NCBI RefSeq assembly: GCF_036971445.1
Contig: NC_091473.1
Location: forward strand, 206,088,001-206,152,000
Direction of reading: 5' to 3'
Length of the DNA stretch: 64,000 nucleotides
From: Narcine bancroftii
Lineage: Eukaryota
The notes beneath the pieces were generated by a model. The model made no database searches. It was not told the DNA's origin and worked only from the letters and a program-made list of their open reading frames with translations. Position numbers and translations under genes: made by a program. How positions within the stretch are numbered: position 1 is the first letter of the stretch; each line of letters starts with the position of its first letter. Of this stretch, positions 1 through 11,800 are shown one piece after another.

Positions 1-500
1 ATGAATAATTTGCTCCTGTATTCACAAGATAAAAGGACGCAGATCAGGGTCTGGTTGCAATTGAACCAGTCTATATTCTGGAGAATGTTGAGATTAAGGA
101 AGAGGAGGTGCTAGATCGTATTAAAAACATTAAAATTGTTAATTCCCCTGCGATATACCTAATTTGCTTTGGGAAGCGAGGGAAGGCATAGCTGAGTCAG
201 TGGCTTTGATCTTCGAGTCGTATTTGGCTACAGGGTATGTGCCGGAGGATTGGAGATTGGCAAATGACGTCGCCTTGTTTAAAAAAAGGTAATAGGGAGA
301 ACCCTGGGAATTATAGATTAGTTATTCTTCCGTTAGTGGTTTGCAAACTATTGTCGAGGATTCTTAAGGATAGGATCCATAACAATTTTGATACGTACAG
401 TCTACTCAGGGATAGTCCACATGGCTTAGTGAAGAGAAGGTATTATACTTGAGTTTTTTGAGGATGTATCAAAGGCAATGATCAGTGCAGTGCGGTAGGT
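1..500 (+). mobile_element. Degraded CR1-type LINE fragment (RT region)
   Basis: ORF 237-452 reads KKGNRENPGNYRLVILPLVVCKLL...DSPHGLVK, the CR1 RT 'PGNYRPVSLTS...SQHGF' motif, with frameshifts. Confidence 0.8.
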
Positions 501-918
501 GTGGTCTACAACCATCATATGCTATGATGCATGTAGACCACACCTACTGCTTGCAAGGATATATTTGTTGTTTTTTTTTTTATGAACGCTGGAAAGCTCG
601 GCTGAGTTCCTACAGAATTTTGATGTATTTTTACCGAAGGATCAACGTTGTTCAACGGGCGTCTATATTTCGAAAATGATTGAATGACATCGTTCTACTG
701 ATCGAATTTCTTTCCGATTCAGGAGACGAGATTTCATGATTCCACAATCCTCTCCTGTAACCGATCATCGATTCATAATGCTTCAGATATTTTGGGGTAC
801 AAAGTATCTCGTGCCTGTTGTGAATTTATGAGGAAGGGTAATGCAGAAATTGAGAGATAATGGCATACATTACACACCCACCCATCCCCCTACACACAGG
901 AATATTCGCTTACAGTGT

Positions 919-920
<2 letters not shown>

Positions 921-993
<73 letters not shown>
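921..993. repeat. (GA)n microsatellite
   Basis: Near-perfect AG dinucleotide run. Confidence 0.95.
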
Positions 994-994
<1 letters not shown>

Positions 995-2339
995 TTCTCT
1001 CGGATCCTTGATCATCCGCTATTGCTCTAAAAGTTTGTTTGTTTCACTTCATGTCATAAAAGGATCGATGGATGTACAGAATGTACCGATTCTCTTAGAT
1101 TCGCCGTCAGTAGCAGCCGTAGCTCGTCTTAATGTTGGTCGCTCACATCAACGATCTCGCTAAGTTCTTTCGCTTCTATGTTTGCAGATATATTGTCCTT
1201 CCAATCCGCTGTTTGTCAGTTGTTGGTGCAGCAGAGTAGTAGGGTGATTGAGTAGCATTTGTGTTGCTGCCTTTGGTTTGCCGGATATTATTTATACTCA
1301 CCCATGAAGTACTATGTGGTGTAGATTTGAGACTACTCCACCTTTCGTATTGCTATCTGCAAGCAGGAATTGTAGAATTGAAGTCATTATAAATATTAAA
1401 ATTGAAGATGAAAATCTCTGCCATACTGCTTTTGTGGAATGGGGCCGCCAGGACTGAATGGACTTTGAAGTAACCAGAAAAGAGGCCTTAAGATGGAGTA
1501 CAGTTGGTAGCAGCATTGGCGGGCGAAATGATATAAAGGATTCTGGAAATGCATACCTTCTGTTGCAGGCAGTAAGGTCAAAGATACAAGATGCGAAGGT
1601 ACTGATTCACGTTATTATGGATATCGAGGGCGTTAAAGTCCTTGATCAGGCTGAAAAACATTAGGCTGCTGTCAATATTTTTTTTTGCATTGGATGCTAT
1701 GCGATGGGAATGTATCGGAAATTTGTAGGTGGGAACGAAATGCATAATTATAGTCATCTGTACAGTGGCATCCTATAACGGTGAAAGCATGAGTTTAAGT
1801 TAGATGTTGCCATTCATTAAGAATATGAAATGCTGTTCGTGGATGTAGGGATACTTGGAATTTGCTTTTTAAACGATTAATGAAGAAGTGTTTAATAAAA
1901 TAATCTTGCTGCATTAACGATTTCAATACATGAAATTAAACATTTTTCATTACATAGTCTCTTGTCTCCGCATTTTCAATCAGTCAAGTAAACAAAGAAA
2001 GTTAAGAAGAATTAAAATATTTTCTCGTCACAGGACAGTCGTGTCAAGGTTAGCTGAGAGCATAATGTTTCGTGGCATACTCAGACCGATCGGCAACCTC
2101 TGTGTTGTTTATTGCATATCTTCACATGTGAATTCAATCTAAACCCAAATTTCATCTCAAACCGAATGAAACACACTCCTTAAAGCCGAGATATCAAGTC
2201 AAATGGGCTCATGCTGAATAAGGCGATGATCACTGATTCGGTTATCCTTTTCATTGAGAGATCATGGAAACGTTATCGGGATATGATGTGTCTGTACAAA
2301 ACAAAATAATAAAAAAGGAGTTCCAATGAGGAACAAATA

Positions 2340-2580
2340 AACTGCATCCTCTGGTATTTTTTATAGTGCACAAAAAGAAATCGGGGTGACCCAGTGAGTC
2401 AGGCAGCATGCATGGACAGAAATGGTCAACAAACAGATCAGGTCATAGCTCTTTGCATTGAATCTATTATTGGTTCCGATCAGTTATTTTCACTGCCCAT
2501 TGTAATATACTGATGTGTATAAACCGCTGAGTTCCTTCAGCTGTCTCTGTTTACTCCATAGTTCCCAGGACTGCCCAATA
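2340..2580. repeat. Short Penelope-derived fold-back repeat remnant
   Basis: CAGTGAGTCAGGCAGCAT ... CCGCTGAGTTCCTTCAGC arms resembling a common elasmobranch repeat terminus; paralogous copy near 37590-37770. Confidence 0.4.
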
Positions 2581-2733
2581 GAGTGCGATCTCGTTCTCGG
2601 AGATGCAAGATAGAATCAAGGATGCTTTGCATCTGCTCCGCTATTCCACATATAATGGTTGATAACGGACGTCATTGTAATATTCAATATCAATTATTAA
2701 ACTCGAATATTAGGCCCGAGTCCACTACTTTAT

Positions 2734-2741
2734 TGACGTCA
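2734..2741. promoter_or_regulatory. CRE palindrome TGACGTCA upstream of the intact V
   Basis: Perfect TGACGTCA ~490 bp upstream of the leader ATG; retained at the equivalent position (37918-37925) in the paralogous block. Confidence 0.5.
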
Positions 2742-3222
2742 TTTTTGATCACTATAGTCAGAAAATTAACCGAAGCCGATGGACAGTGGTCGAAGTATTT
2801 TCAACTCCTCGAGCCGTCTCCAGATCGAATTGTTGGGTATATTTCTCATCCACCACTTGGTTACAGGCTTAACAACACAATGTCATATCCACTTAATCAT
2901 TCACACAAGTGAGTATTGGAACGTTTCCCCACTCTATCACATTCTGCTTCATTGACGGTTTGGAAGAAATCATGTACTTCACATCTGACTCAATTGGAAC
3001 ATCATGAAATTGCAAACAAACAAACTTTGAGTTGATTGATGAAATGGAGGAACAAATGAGGAACAGGTGGTGGAGGGGGAGGAGAGATTTGTGCTGAGTT
3101 GATGCCACACTGCCAATCACGAAAGAGAACAGATTTCACAGCTGGTTTTTTCGTGCATTAAATTTTTTAAAATTATGAGTCAGGTCGATTCAGGTCAAAT
3201 TCACCCGAGACGCAAGGGAGCT

Positions 3223-3274
3223 ATGTTATCTCTATCTACCTATTGGCTTCTTACAGCAGTTGCCCTTTACACTG
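3223..3274 (+). CDS. Leader exon of intact TCR alpha/delta V segment
   Basis: ATG-initiated hydrophobic peptide MLSLSTYWLLTAVALYT+G, then canonical donor GTAAGT at 3275; phase 1 splices in frame to the V exon. Confidence 0.88.
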
Positions 3275-3759
3275 GTAAGTTTATGGCATTTACAATATCT
3301 CGCTTTATTCCACTACTTCAACTGATATTTAATTAGTGAATTTCATCCATAAACCGAAAGACTGGAAATAAGGAGAAAAACTCAGAATCGTGAGTCCAGT
3401 TCTTTGGCGAACAATGTCCAGGAGGTTAAGAGAATATTCATGTCAATTTAAGCAGAATTTCTGTTCTCCTTTGGGAATGATAACACTGATACGACACTCC
3501 TGTCAGCCTGGCGATTATCTTCCTGTTCCTAAGACTTAAGATTAACGTGAAGATGATGAAGGAAAGGGCTGGATATTATGGAAAGGCAGTTTCATTAATT
3601 TCCTCCATGTCGCTACCTTCTCTTGAAGCGTCATTTCATTTCTATTAATTATTTTTAATCTCAGACGAGTATCGGGGATGGTAGCAGTTCTCGAAAATGT
3701 GCGCAGTTAGATGATATTGGTGGTATTGGTAGATTCATGTTCTCTTCGGAATATTTCAG

Positions 3760-4063
3760 GACATTGTCGAGGCGACGCCATATCTCAGACACCAAGTACG
3801 ATCACAATGACTGAAGGAATGGAGGCGAATTTGAACTGCAACTATACAACAAGCACAAGAGCCCCTGGATTAATATGGTACCGCATGTATCCAGGACAAT
3901 CACTCGACTTTTTGTTGATTAGAACGCAATTTGACAGTGGGGGAAAACAAATTCCCGGTGAACGTTTCTCGGCGGAGCTCGATCATTCGAAGGGAATGGT
4001 TCCTCTGAAAATTACTGCAACGCAGCTGGGAGACGCCGCCATGTATTATTGTGCTCTGAGCCC
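3760..4063 (+). CDS. V exon of TCR alpha/delta variable segment (TRAV/TRDV-like), apparently intact
   Basis: Acceptor TTTCAG|GA; GHCRGDAISQTPST..EGMEANLNCNY..LIWYRMYPGQSLDFLL..RFSAELD..LKITATQLGDAAMYYCALS with both conserved Cys, the Trp and the DxAxYYC motif; no stops. Confidence 0.93.
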
Positions 4064-4102
4064 CACAGAGGTACGGAACTGGGCTGAGACTGTGCAACAA
4101 CT
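4064..4102 (+). promoter_or_regulatory. 23-spacer recombination signal sequence
   Basis: CACAGAG (4064-4070) + 23 nt + GCAACAACT (4094-4102) directly after YYCALS. Confidence 0.85.
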
Positions 4103-4991
4103 AACAGATCATCTCGCCGCGTATCAACGTGTGAAAATGAAGCTTTGAAAAATTATTTGCTGCTCCGTCCATGGGCCACAACGCAAATGGGTGACTTGCG
4201 GTGATTATCCAATTTTGTGCTACTGATAAAAATTAGCTTAATCAAATAAGAGATACAATTTACTGTCATGTAATAAAACAGCAATTAAATGTTAGACTGC
4301 CTTAAGGTGGCGATACGTTTTCCATTAGCATTAGCATTGCCCGGAGCCCGTGTGGGTGAAAGAAATTTCCTCCAGAACCAACGAGTGTCCGTGCAAACCT
4401 GTTGCCTCTGAAGCCGCACAATATTCTAGTTCAGTATAAACGATCGGCAAACGGCGCCCAAATCCAAACATAGAGCCCCATGAGGAAGCCTAAAGCCCAA
4501 AGGATCCTTCGAGAGTCCTCATTGTCTTTAGTATCACCTTAAATCCTTATTCCGAAAACCACTTCTCCTATGGCAGCCTCCAGCATCCTGCGCCTGGCGT
4601 GAGTCTTTTGGCCTAGAGTCGGTAGTAGCCCGCAGCCTGTGTTTTTTCCACGCCTGTCAATCTCTAAGAGACCGCCACATGCTTGTATTGTAGAGGCCAT
4701 CGCTGGTCCGTCATCGTTCTTCTGTCGTCTCCTCTGATTCTCCGCCTCAACAGGAATGTTCTCCCGTTACTGGTGCCGTACACCAGCCCACTCCTCTCGC
4801 AGAGTGTGAAGCCCCAAGTAGCCGTCACTGAACACATTAGTTCCAAACTCCGCGGTCACAGATATCAAAATAAACCACTGTCGGTTCTTTTGTCAGGCCA
4901 CTCTAAACCTGTACAGAGCCGTCGCTCAAAAACTGAGTGCAAGAAAACCTCAGGTCAGGACTGCCATTGCAGCAGTGCCGGCAGTGCCGCC

Positions 4992-5400
4992 ATTATTCTA
5001 TTTCTGCGCCTCCAGTCACTTGGCCAGATTAGAGGTATGGCTTTGAAAAATTAGACAGAACTCTCTCTTCGCCTCGCTCCTTTTCTCATCCGAGAATATT
5101 CTCTAGTACCGAACCCTTGACAGTGCGAAGAAATTCTCTTTTTAAATTAAAGCCATTACTGTATTGGTATAATCGTCACCAAAGGCCTCGGCAACAAACC
5201 ACGGAACGTATGATACGCTTATAGGTGAACCTTAGCCACGGACGGCAAAGGATCCATTTAATCAGTGACGCACAGGGAAATAACAGATAACAAAATTAGC
5301 ATGAACCACAGAGGGTACGTGGATCAAACTTGGAAGTAAGGAGATGTTTCCAGCTGCTTAAGCCGCTGTTTATGATATATCTGAAGCCACACCAGTCAGG
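4992..5400 (+). pseudogene. Probable highly decayed V segment
   Basis: Leader-like IILFLRLQSLGQIR (ATT in GCCGCC context), donor G|GTATGG at 5035, pyrimidine tract and AG at 5093-5094, then YSLVPNP, LYWYNR and AAVYD-like pieces in different frames. Confidence 0.4.
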
Positions 5401-5819
5401 CGCAGGTACTTTGCTCGACGGGAGAATGGGGCGGTTCTCATATGCTTGATTTGCTGGCGCTTACAACTCAGGAAATTGCAGGACATACATTTATATCATT
5501 CGTCTTCTCAGTCACTGTCGCTTCGGTGTTTAGACCAAATGCAGCACCTTACATTTCTGAATTAAATTACAACAGCCATTCAACTGCCTAACGGTTCAAG
5601 ATTCTGCTGCAATCGTTGGAAAATGTCTTTACAAAGTAAAATACCAGACACTTCTGTGTCATTCGGAAATTTGAAAATCCTGCCAACTACATTTGCATTC
5701 AAAATGTATGAATTACGTCACTTGTGAGAGATCAGCCTGTCACATGCTGGAGGAATACCAGATAGAAATACAAAATTGCCTCATTTATGTACTACCCCAG
5801 TCATTAATCTCACGAGGTT

Positions 5820-8800
5820 TATAAGTATTAAGAGAATTCTGTCTTACAGCATTAATAGTCCTCGATATCTGTCCTTTCTTTAATTGCCACGCCAATACCT
5901 TATGTGCTTTCTCTCCCCATTTGTAATATCGTTGTTTAGTCCTATTAATCACACATTAAAATTGATAAGATTGCGAAGTATTAATCAATTTCAACATAGA
6001 TAATTCTATTTTTTTATCTTCTGTAGTATCTTTCTGAAATTCCTTTTTAACTCATCGATCTGTTTCTTTAATCCAAAATTCTGACTTAATCGATTATTTT
6101 TTACTTTAGTATAACTAATTATTTGTCCTCTCAAATAGGCTTTCATAGCATCCCATAATACAAACTTAGTTTGAACAGAATTAGAATTAAAAAAAAAGTA
6201 ATTTGTTTTTTTCAAAATAAAACAATAACTTCCATATTTTTAACAACATTGTATTAAATCTCCAACGATAAGCTATTTGAATTTTTCTCAGAAGTTTCAT
6301 ACGTAAAACATAAGAGAGAATGATCTGAAATCACCCTACTTTTATATTCTGCTTGTTGTATTTTCCCTTGTAAATGTGCCGATACTAAAAAGAATTCAAT
6401 CCTTGAAAACTATTCATGTCTAGATGAATAAAAGGAAAAATTCTTCTCTGTCTGACTAAGACGTCTACAAATATATACTAAATTATGGTCCTTCATCAAC
6501 TCTTGGACCTGAATTGGCATCTTGGATTTTTTAACTTTCTTCGGAGATTTATCTAATAAAGTTCCAAAACACAATTAAAATCACCACCAATTAAAATATT
6601 ATCATTAGCCTGACCCACGCATAAAAATGCATCTGAAATAAATATTTCATCATCTGCATTTGGGGCATAAATATTAAGTAAAGTCCAAAATTCACTACAA
6701 ATCTTACAATTCAATTTAAGAATACATACTGCCTTTTCCTCCATTGATTGTAATTCAAAAGATAATTTTTTATGTTTCACAATTGCTACACATTTAGCTC
6801 TAGAATTAAATGAAGAAGAATACACACGCCCAACTCAGTCCCTTTTTAATTTCACGCTTTCCATCACATTCAAATGTGTTTCATATAAAAAGGCAATATT
6901 AATTTTCATTTTCTTAATATACGCCAAGACTCGCTTATGCTTAATCGGACTATTTAATCCTCGAACATTAAAAGTAGCAAACCTCAAATTTGACATATCT
7001 ACTATTATTACTCAATACCAAAAATATCTTTAAATAAAAACGTATATAGGCCCGCCAATGGAAAGAAAATCACAAGTTAAAAACTAAGTAAAATGAAAAT
7101 AAAAAAATAAAGAAAGAAAGTAAATCCCACCCCCCCAAAAAAAACTACCAAAATGTAGTAATCACCTAAAGAAAAATTGGGTGTGGGTCACCCACCAGTG
7201 GCTGATGATGAGTAAAGTACTGAAAGTAAATCTCTCCCTCCCCAGCCAAACAATCAATAATATTAAAATATCATAATTACAAAAGAAAAAATAGAATAAG
7301 AAAATTCTTATTTTCATCCAGAAGATGCCAATCTCGAAGATCCCATTTCAGAAGGAGGTAGACTCTTTTGATTCCCGTTTTTCCCCTTTCTGCAATTTCT
7401 TCCGTTTCCAGAACAACCAGATCTTTCTTTAGGAGATAATGGTGTTCTACATCTTCGTCCTCTTATATCTGGCAATGAATCAGCAAAAATCATTGCTTCA
7501 CGATCAGTTTAAAAAAAAACAAATTGATAGTCTCCATAAAACACTTTCAACATTGCAGGGTAACGAAAAGTAGACTTAAAACTTTTACGCTGCAAAACCT
7601 CTTTAACTGGATTGAATCTATGTCGACGTTGAATGACCTCTTTACTTAAATCAGTATAAATAAAGACTCTGCTATTCTGAATCAATAATGTGGTTTGTCG
7701 TTGTCTCGCATTTTGTACTGCAAGTCGAAGTATTGCTTCTCTGTCCAAATGACTCAAACATAAAATTATTACCAGTCTTGGTGGTTGACCAGCTGAAGGT
7801 GTTCTTCATAAAGCTCCATGGGCTCTTTCCAGGACCAATCCCCCAGAGACAAATTCTTGCCCTAATATTTGTGGAATGCAGTCTTTAAAGAAATGAAGAG
7901 GAATTTGTCCTTTTATTCTTCTTTCCTTTATTTGGCTTGGCTTTACAGACGAAGATTCATGGAGGGGTATGTCCACGTCTGCTGCAGGCTCGTTGGTGAC
8001 TGACAAGTCCAATGCGGGACGGGCAGGCACGGTTGTTTACAAGGGAAAATTGGTTGGTTGGGGTTGGGTGCTGGGTTTTTCCTCCTTTGTCTTTTGTCAG
8101 TGAGGTGTGCTCCTCTGTGGTCTTCTTCAAAGGAGGTTGCTGCCTGCTGAACTGTGAGGTATCAGCCCACTGGCAGTGGTCAATTTGGCAGGCACCAAGA
8201 GATTTCCTTACGCAGTCCTTGTACCTCTTCTTTGGTGCACCTCTGTCTCGGTGGCCAGTGGAGAGCTCGCCATAGAACACGATCTTTGGAAGGTGATGGT
8301 CCTCAATTCTGGAGACATGACCCACCCAGCGCAGTTGGGTCTTCGGCAGCATGGATTCAATGCTTGCGGACTCTGCCAGCTCGAGTACTTCGATGTTGGT
8401 GATGAAGTCATTCCAATGAATGTTGAGGATTGAGTGGAGACAACGCTGATGGAAGCATTCTAGGAGCCATAGATGATGCCGGTAGAGGACCCATTATTCG
8501 GAGCCGAACAGGAGTGTGGGTAGGGCAACGGCTCTGTACACGCTGATCTTAGTGTGTTTCTTCAGGTGGTTGTTTTTCTAGACTCTTTTGTGAAATCTTC
8601 CAAAGGCACTATTTGCATTAGCGAGTCTGTTGTCCATCTCTTTGTCAATCCTTGCATCAGATGGAATGGTGCAGCCGAGGTAGGTAAACTGGTGACCGTT
8701 TTGAATTCTGTGTACCCGATTGAGATGTGGGGGTGGGCTGGTGGTAATGGTGGGGAGTTGGCTGATGGAGGACCTCAGTTTTCTTCAGGCTGACTTCCAG

Positions 8801-11800
8801 GCCAAACATTTTGGCAGTTTCCTCAAAACAGGACGTCATGCGTTGGAGAGTTGGATCTGAATGGGCAACTAATCCGGCATCGTTTGCAAAGAGTAGTTCA
8901 CGGACAAGTTGCTCTTGTGTCTTGGTGTGAGCGTGCAGGCGCCTCAGATTGAAGAGACTGCCATCCGTGCGGTACCGGATGTAAACAGCGTCTTCATTGT
9001 TGAGGTCTTTCATTGCTTGTTTCAGCATCATGCTCAAGAAGATAGTAAAGAGGGTTGATGCGAGGATGCAGCCTTTCTTCATGCTGTTGTCATTGGAGAA
9101 GGGTTCGGACAGCTCATTGTTGTATCTGACCCGACCTTGTTGGTTTTCGTGCAGTTGGATAACCATGTGGAGGAACTTGGGCTGGGGGCATCCGAGGCGC
9201 TCTAGTATTTTCCGAAGCTCTTTCCTGCTCACGGTGTCAAAGGCTTTGCTGAGGTCAACAAAGGTGATATAGAGTCCTTTTTTTTGTTTTCTGCACTTTT
9301 CTTGGAGCTGCCTGAGGGCAAAAACCATGTCAGCAGTTCCTCTGTTTGCGCGAAAGCCACACTGTGATTCTGGGAGGACATTTTCGGCGACACTAGGTAT
9401 TAGTGTATTAAGGAGAATCCTAGTGAAGATTTCGCCTGCAATGGAGAGCAGCGTGATTTCCCTGCAGTTTGAGCAGTATGATTTCTCGCCTTTGTTTTTG
9501 CCGCCAGCTTTCCAGACCTCTTTGGGGGGGGGGGGGATTTCCATCCATACCTGCTGCTTTGCCACTTTTCAGTTCTTCAATTGCCTTATATGTCTCTTCT
9601 CGGGTAAGGATCACATCCAGCTCTAGCCTCAAGGGTTGTTGAGGGAGCTGGAGCAGGGCAGATACGTGGACTGGGCAGTTGGCACTGAAAAGGGATTGGA
9701 AGTGTTCTGACCATTGTTTGAGGATGGCGATCTTGTAGCTGAGGAGGACCTCGCCGTCTGAGCTGTGCAGCGGGCTTTTGACTTGTGGTGAGGGGCCGTA
9801 CACCGCCTTTAGTGTCTCATAAAAACCGCTGAAGTCGCCAATGTCGGCGCTAAGCTGGGTTCGTTTGGCAAGGCTAGTCCACCACTCATTTTGGATATCC
9901 TGGAGTTTGCGCTGATGGTGGCTGCATGCGAGACGGAAGGCTCGTTTTTTCTCTGGCCAACAAGGCTTTGCAAGGTGAGCCTGGTGGGCAGATCGCTTCT
10001 TTGCCAGAAGCTCCTGGATTTCTTGGTTATTTTCGCCAAACCAATCCTTGTTTTTCCTGGAAGAGAAGCCCAGTACCTCTTCAGGGGATTGCAGTATGGC
10101 CGTTTTAATCTGATCCCAGAGGGTTTCAGGAGACGTGTCCGTGAGACAGTCTGCATCCTCGAGCTTTGCTTGGAGGTTTGCCTGGAAGTTTCCTCTCACT
10201 ACATCTGACTGCAAGTTTCCAACATTGAACCTCTTTCTGGGGGCTCCACTGTTCTTGAACTTTGGCTTGAAGTGAAGGTTGAGCTTGCAGCGAACAAGCC
10301 GGTGGTCTGTGTGTCATTCCACGCTGGGCATGATCCTGGTGTGGAGCACATCTCGTTTGTCTCTTCTTCACACCAGAATGTAGTCCAGGAGGTGCCAGTG
10401 TTTCAATCAGGGATGCATCCAGGTAGTCTTCAGGCTGTCTCTCTGCTGGAAAAGGATGTTAGTAATGATAAGCAGCTGTTCTGCGTAGAATTTTAACAGG
10501 AGGCGCCCGTTGTCATTGCACTAGCTGACACCATGCTTGCCAAGGATTCATGGCCAGGCTTCTGAGTCTTTGCTGACGCAAGCATTGAAGTCGCCAAGGA
10601 TGACAACATTTTCGGCTGTAGGGGTGCATTAGATGAGGTTGCACAGATCAGTGTAGAACTTGTCTTTTTCTGCTGGTTCCAGCTGAAGGGTTGGAGCATA
10701 GACACTGATGAGCATGATGCGTCGCTCATTTTAAATGGGGAGTCGCATGGACATGATCCGGTCAGAGTGGCCTGTCAGGAGATTTTCGAGTTTGGAGGCA
10801 ATGGAGTTCTTGATCATGAAGCCAACACCAGATAGGCGTCGTTCAGGCTGAGGCTTGCCAGACCATTGGAGTGTGTAGCCCACTCCATGTTCTTGGGGGC
10901 TGCCTACACCTACAAGGCGGACTTCACTGAGAGCGGCTATGTCGATGTCAAGTCTGAAGAGTTCATGTGCAATGAGGGCAGACCGACTTTCAGGTCGATG
11001 GTTGTCAGCCTTGTCTCGCATGGTTCTGATACTCCAAAATGCTAGCTTGTGCATCTTTTGAGGGGGAGGACGTGGACCTGTCCACGGTCCTGTGCAAAGG
11101 AGCTTTTAGGTGGATTGCAGTGTGCGCAGTACTGGCCCAAAACGTTACACCTATGGTTCGTGTGCTGGGACGTGGCAGCGAGGTCCTTGGGTCGTAGGTT
11201 TTATATCAGAGTAACCTTCTCCTATGCAGGTTGCTTAACCGGGTTGAGGAGGCTTGCCTCCCCTTTTAGGTCGAACTATTTCTGGAGATCTACGACCGCT
11301 GTCACCAGTTATGGAGTGGTGCACTCTGGAATCGGCCAACGTGTGTTTACTCTGCGTGGCCGAGTAAAAGGGATGCAGCATTGGTTGAGGATCAGAAAGA
11401 AAATTTCTAGTAGAATTTTTTTAATGACTGGAGAAAACTCTGCAATGGAGTTCACAGTTGTTAGTGTTTCGACTATTGGTTATTGAGGTGTGTATTAAAC
11501 TCTGAAATACACTAAAATGTTGTCATTGACCAATCCCAGCCCGGGGATCGGCTGACAACGGTCGGGCTGTGTGGGCTGCCGGGATTTGCCTGGCGACGGC
11601 GGCCTGTGTTCAGTGCTCGTGCAGTGGTGCGGGCAGGCCCGGTCTCGGCTGACTGGTTTTCCCCGCGATGCGGCCGTTACCTCAGGCGGACTCAGGCATG
11701 ATCTCGGCCTCCCAGGCGGCAGCGGTTCATCGGGCCTCCGGCGGCGGCAGCAATAGGACCTCGGGCCCCCTGGGCAGCAGCAGCAACAGGACCTCGGACC

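Noticed and set aside
3760-4063. NAR-TCR supporting V-delta, or IgH/TAILV identity for the intact V
   Set aside because: It has its own leader, no extra Cys in the mature domain, and TCR alpha/delta-type framework motifs
3711-4148. 145-aa ORF as a single-exon gene
   Set aside because: Its first 16 codons are intronic and its tail reads through the RSS; the supported structure is leader exon + V exon + RSS
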